From a virus, in IMG/VR virus record IMGVR_UViG_3300029928_000041: a stretch of DNA of 22,688 nt; one strand, written 5' to 3'. A model generated the notes under the pieces. It saw nothing but the letters and a program-made list of their open reading frames with translations. It made no database searches and was not told where the DNA came from. A program made the position numbers and the translations under genes. Positions 22,109 to 22,688 of this stretch are shown here, piece by piece; within the stretch, counting starts at the first letter, position 1; each line of letters begins with the position of its first letter.

Positions 22109-22687
22109 ATGACCAGCGTCACATTCTACCAAGGCATCGACGTCAAAGGTGTCGTCAAGGCGTCCAACGGACGCATGATCGGCATCGTGGACACGATGCC
22201 TGTCGCCGCCAAGGCACTGAGCGGCGTCGCGGTCCTCTACACGGGGGTCGGAGGGTCGCACACAGCAGGTGCGATCTATCGCTGCGATCCCTCTTCGGGA
22301 GGGTACGCATGGGTGCGTGTCGATGACCATATCTCCGTAGATGCTTCGCTTTCGGCAACCAGCACCAACCCTGTGCAGAACAAGGCCGTCAAGAGCGGAT
22401 TCGATTCGCTTGAAAAAGCCATAGCCGAGAAGATAGACGCGATCTCCGCCGAGGGCGTCGCAGTGTCCTGGACTGCGGATGCGTCCGTCAGCGGGTACTC
22501 GTACAAAGGCACCATCGCCCTTCAGGGCGTGACGTCGGAGTACATGCCGTTCGTGACGTTCTCCGCGACGCAGGCGTCGTCGGGCAACTTCTGCCCGGTG
22601 GCGGAGTCGGGGACGAACGCGATATACATCTGGTCGAAGACGAACGACGCCGTCACGGTGCCGTCCGTAGCGGCCGCGAAGATGTGA
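22109..22687 (+). CDS. Short fibre/spike-like protein, 192 aa, paralog of 16684..17295
   Basis: Contains the fibre motif DASLSATSTNPVQNKAV; the C-terminal domain aligns by eye with 16684..17295; ends in TGA at 22685-22687. Confidence 0.7.
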   Translation: MTSVTFYQGIDVKGVVKASNGRMIGIVDTMPVAAKALSGVAVLYTGVGGSHTAGAIYRCDPSSGGYAWVRVDDHISVDASLSATSTNPVQNKAVKSGFDSLEKAIAEKIDAISAEGVAVSWTADASVSGYSYKGTIALQGVTSEYMPFVTFSATQASSGNFCPVAESGTNAIYIWSKTNDAVTVPSVAAAKM

Positions 22688-22688
22688 G

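Larger units (their letters stand above)
1..22688. mobile_element. Archaeal tailed virus/provirus genome segment (head-packaging module plus accessory virion genes)
   Basis: TerL, portal, prohead protease, scaffold and MCP lie in canonical order on the - strand, with archaeal-style promoters. No integrase or att site is in the window, so free virus versus provirus cannot be decided. Confidence 0.9.

Noticed and set aside
16684-22687. Invertible tail-fibre cassette or DGR
   Set aside because: The paralogs are diverged at the DNA level. No long inverted repeats, recombinase, reverse transcriptase or adenine-specific TR/VR pair are in the window.

Overview
The whole window reads as part of a tailed dsDNA (HK97-fold, Caudoviricetes-like) archaeal virus or provirus. 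The likely host is a Thermoplasmata/Methanomassiliicoccales-type methanogen; this is inferred from archaeal TATA promoters, leaderless genes, AGGTGA-type RBSs, a host-like Listeria-Bacteroides-repeat adhesin and a capsid protein resembling my recollection of the magrovirus/HGTV-1 type. Positions 1-2150 (+) hold small regulatory or hypothetical genes (wHTH, ribbon-helix-helix) and an HNH-like gene. Positions 2354-12193 (-) hold a packaging/head operon: Zn-ribbon protein, putative TerS, TerL, portal, HK97 gp10-like neck protein, wHTH protein, ChaB-fused prohead protease, hypothetical, long acidic scaffold and major capsid protein. Positions 12309-22687 hold a ~1,340-aa probable internal virion protein, three related fibre-like proteins, a membrane protein, a self-contained surface adhesin cassette and an SprT-like metalloprotease. 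The two best leads are (1) a C-terminal motif shared by the scaffold and the giant protein, which may be a capsid cargo-loading signal, and (2) a candidate ~80-nt structured RNA with its own promoter and oligo-T terminator at the 3' end of the HNH gene, next to a pair of covarying GAAA hairpins. All family calls come from motif recognition by eye; no database search was run.
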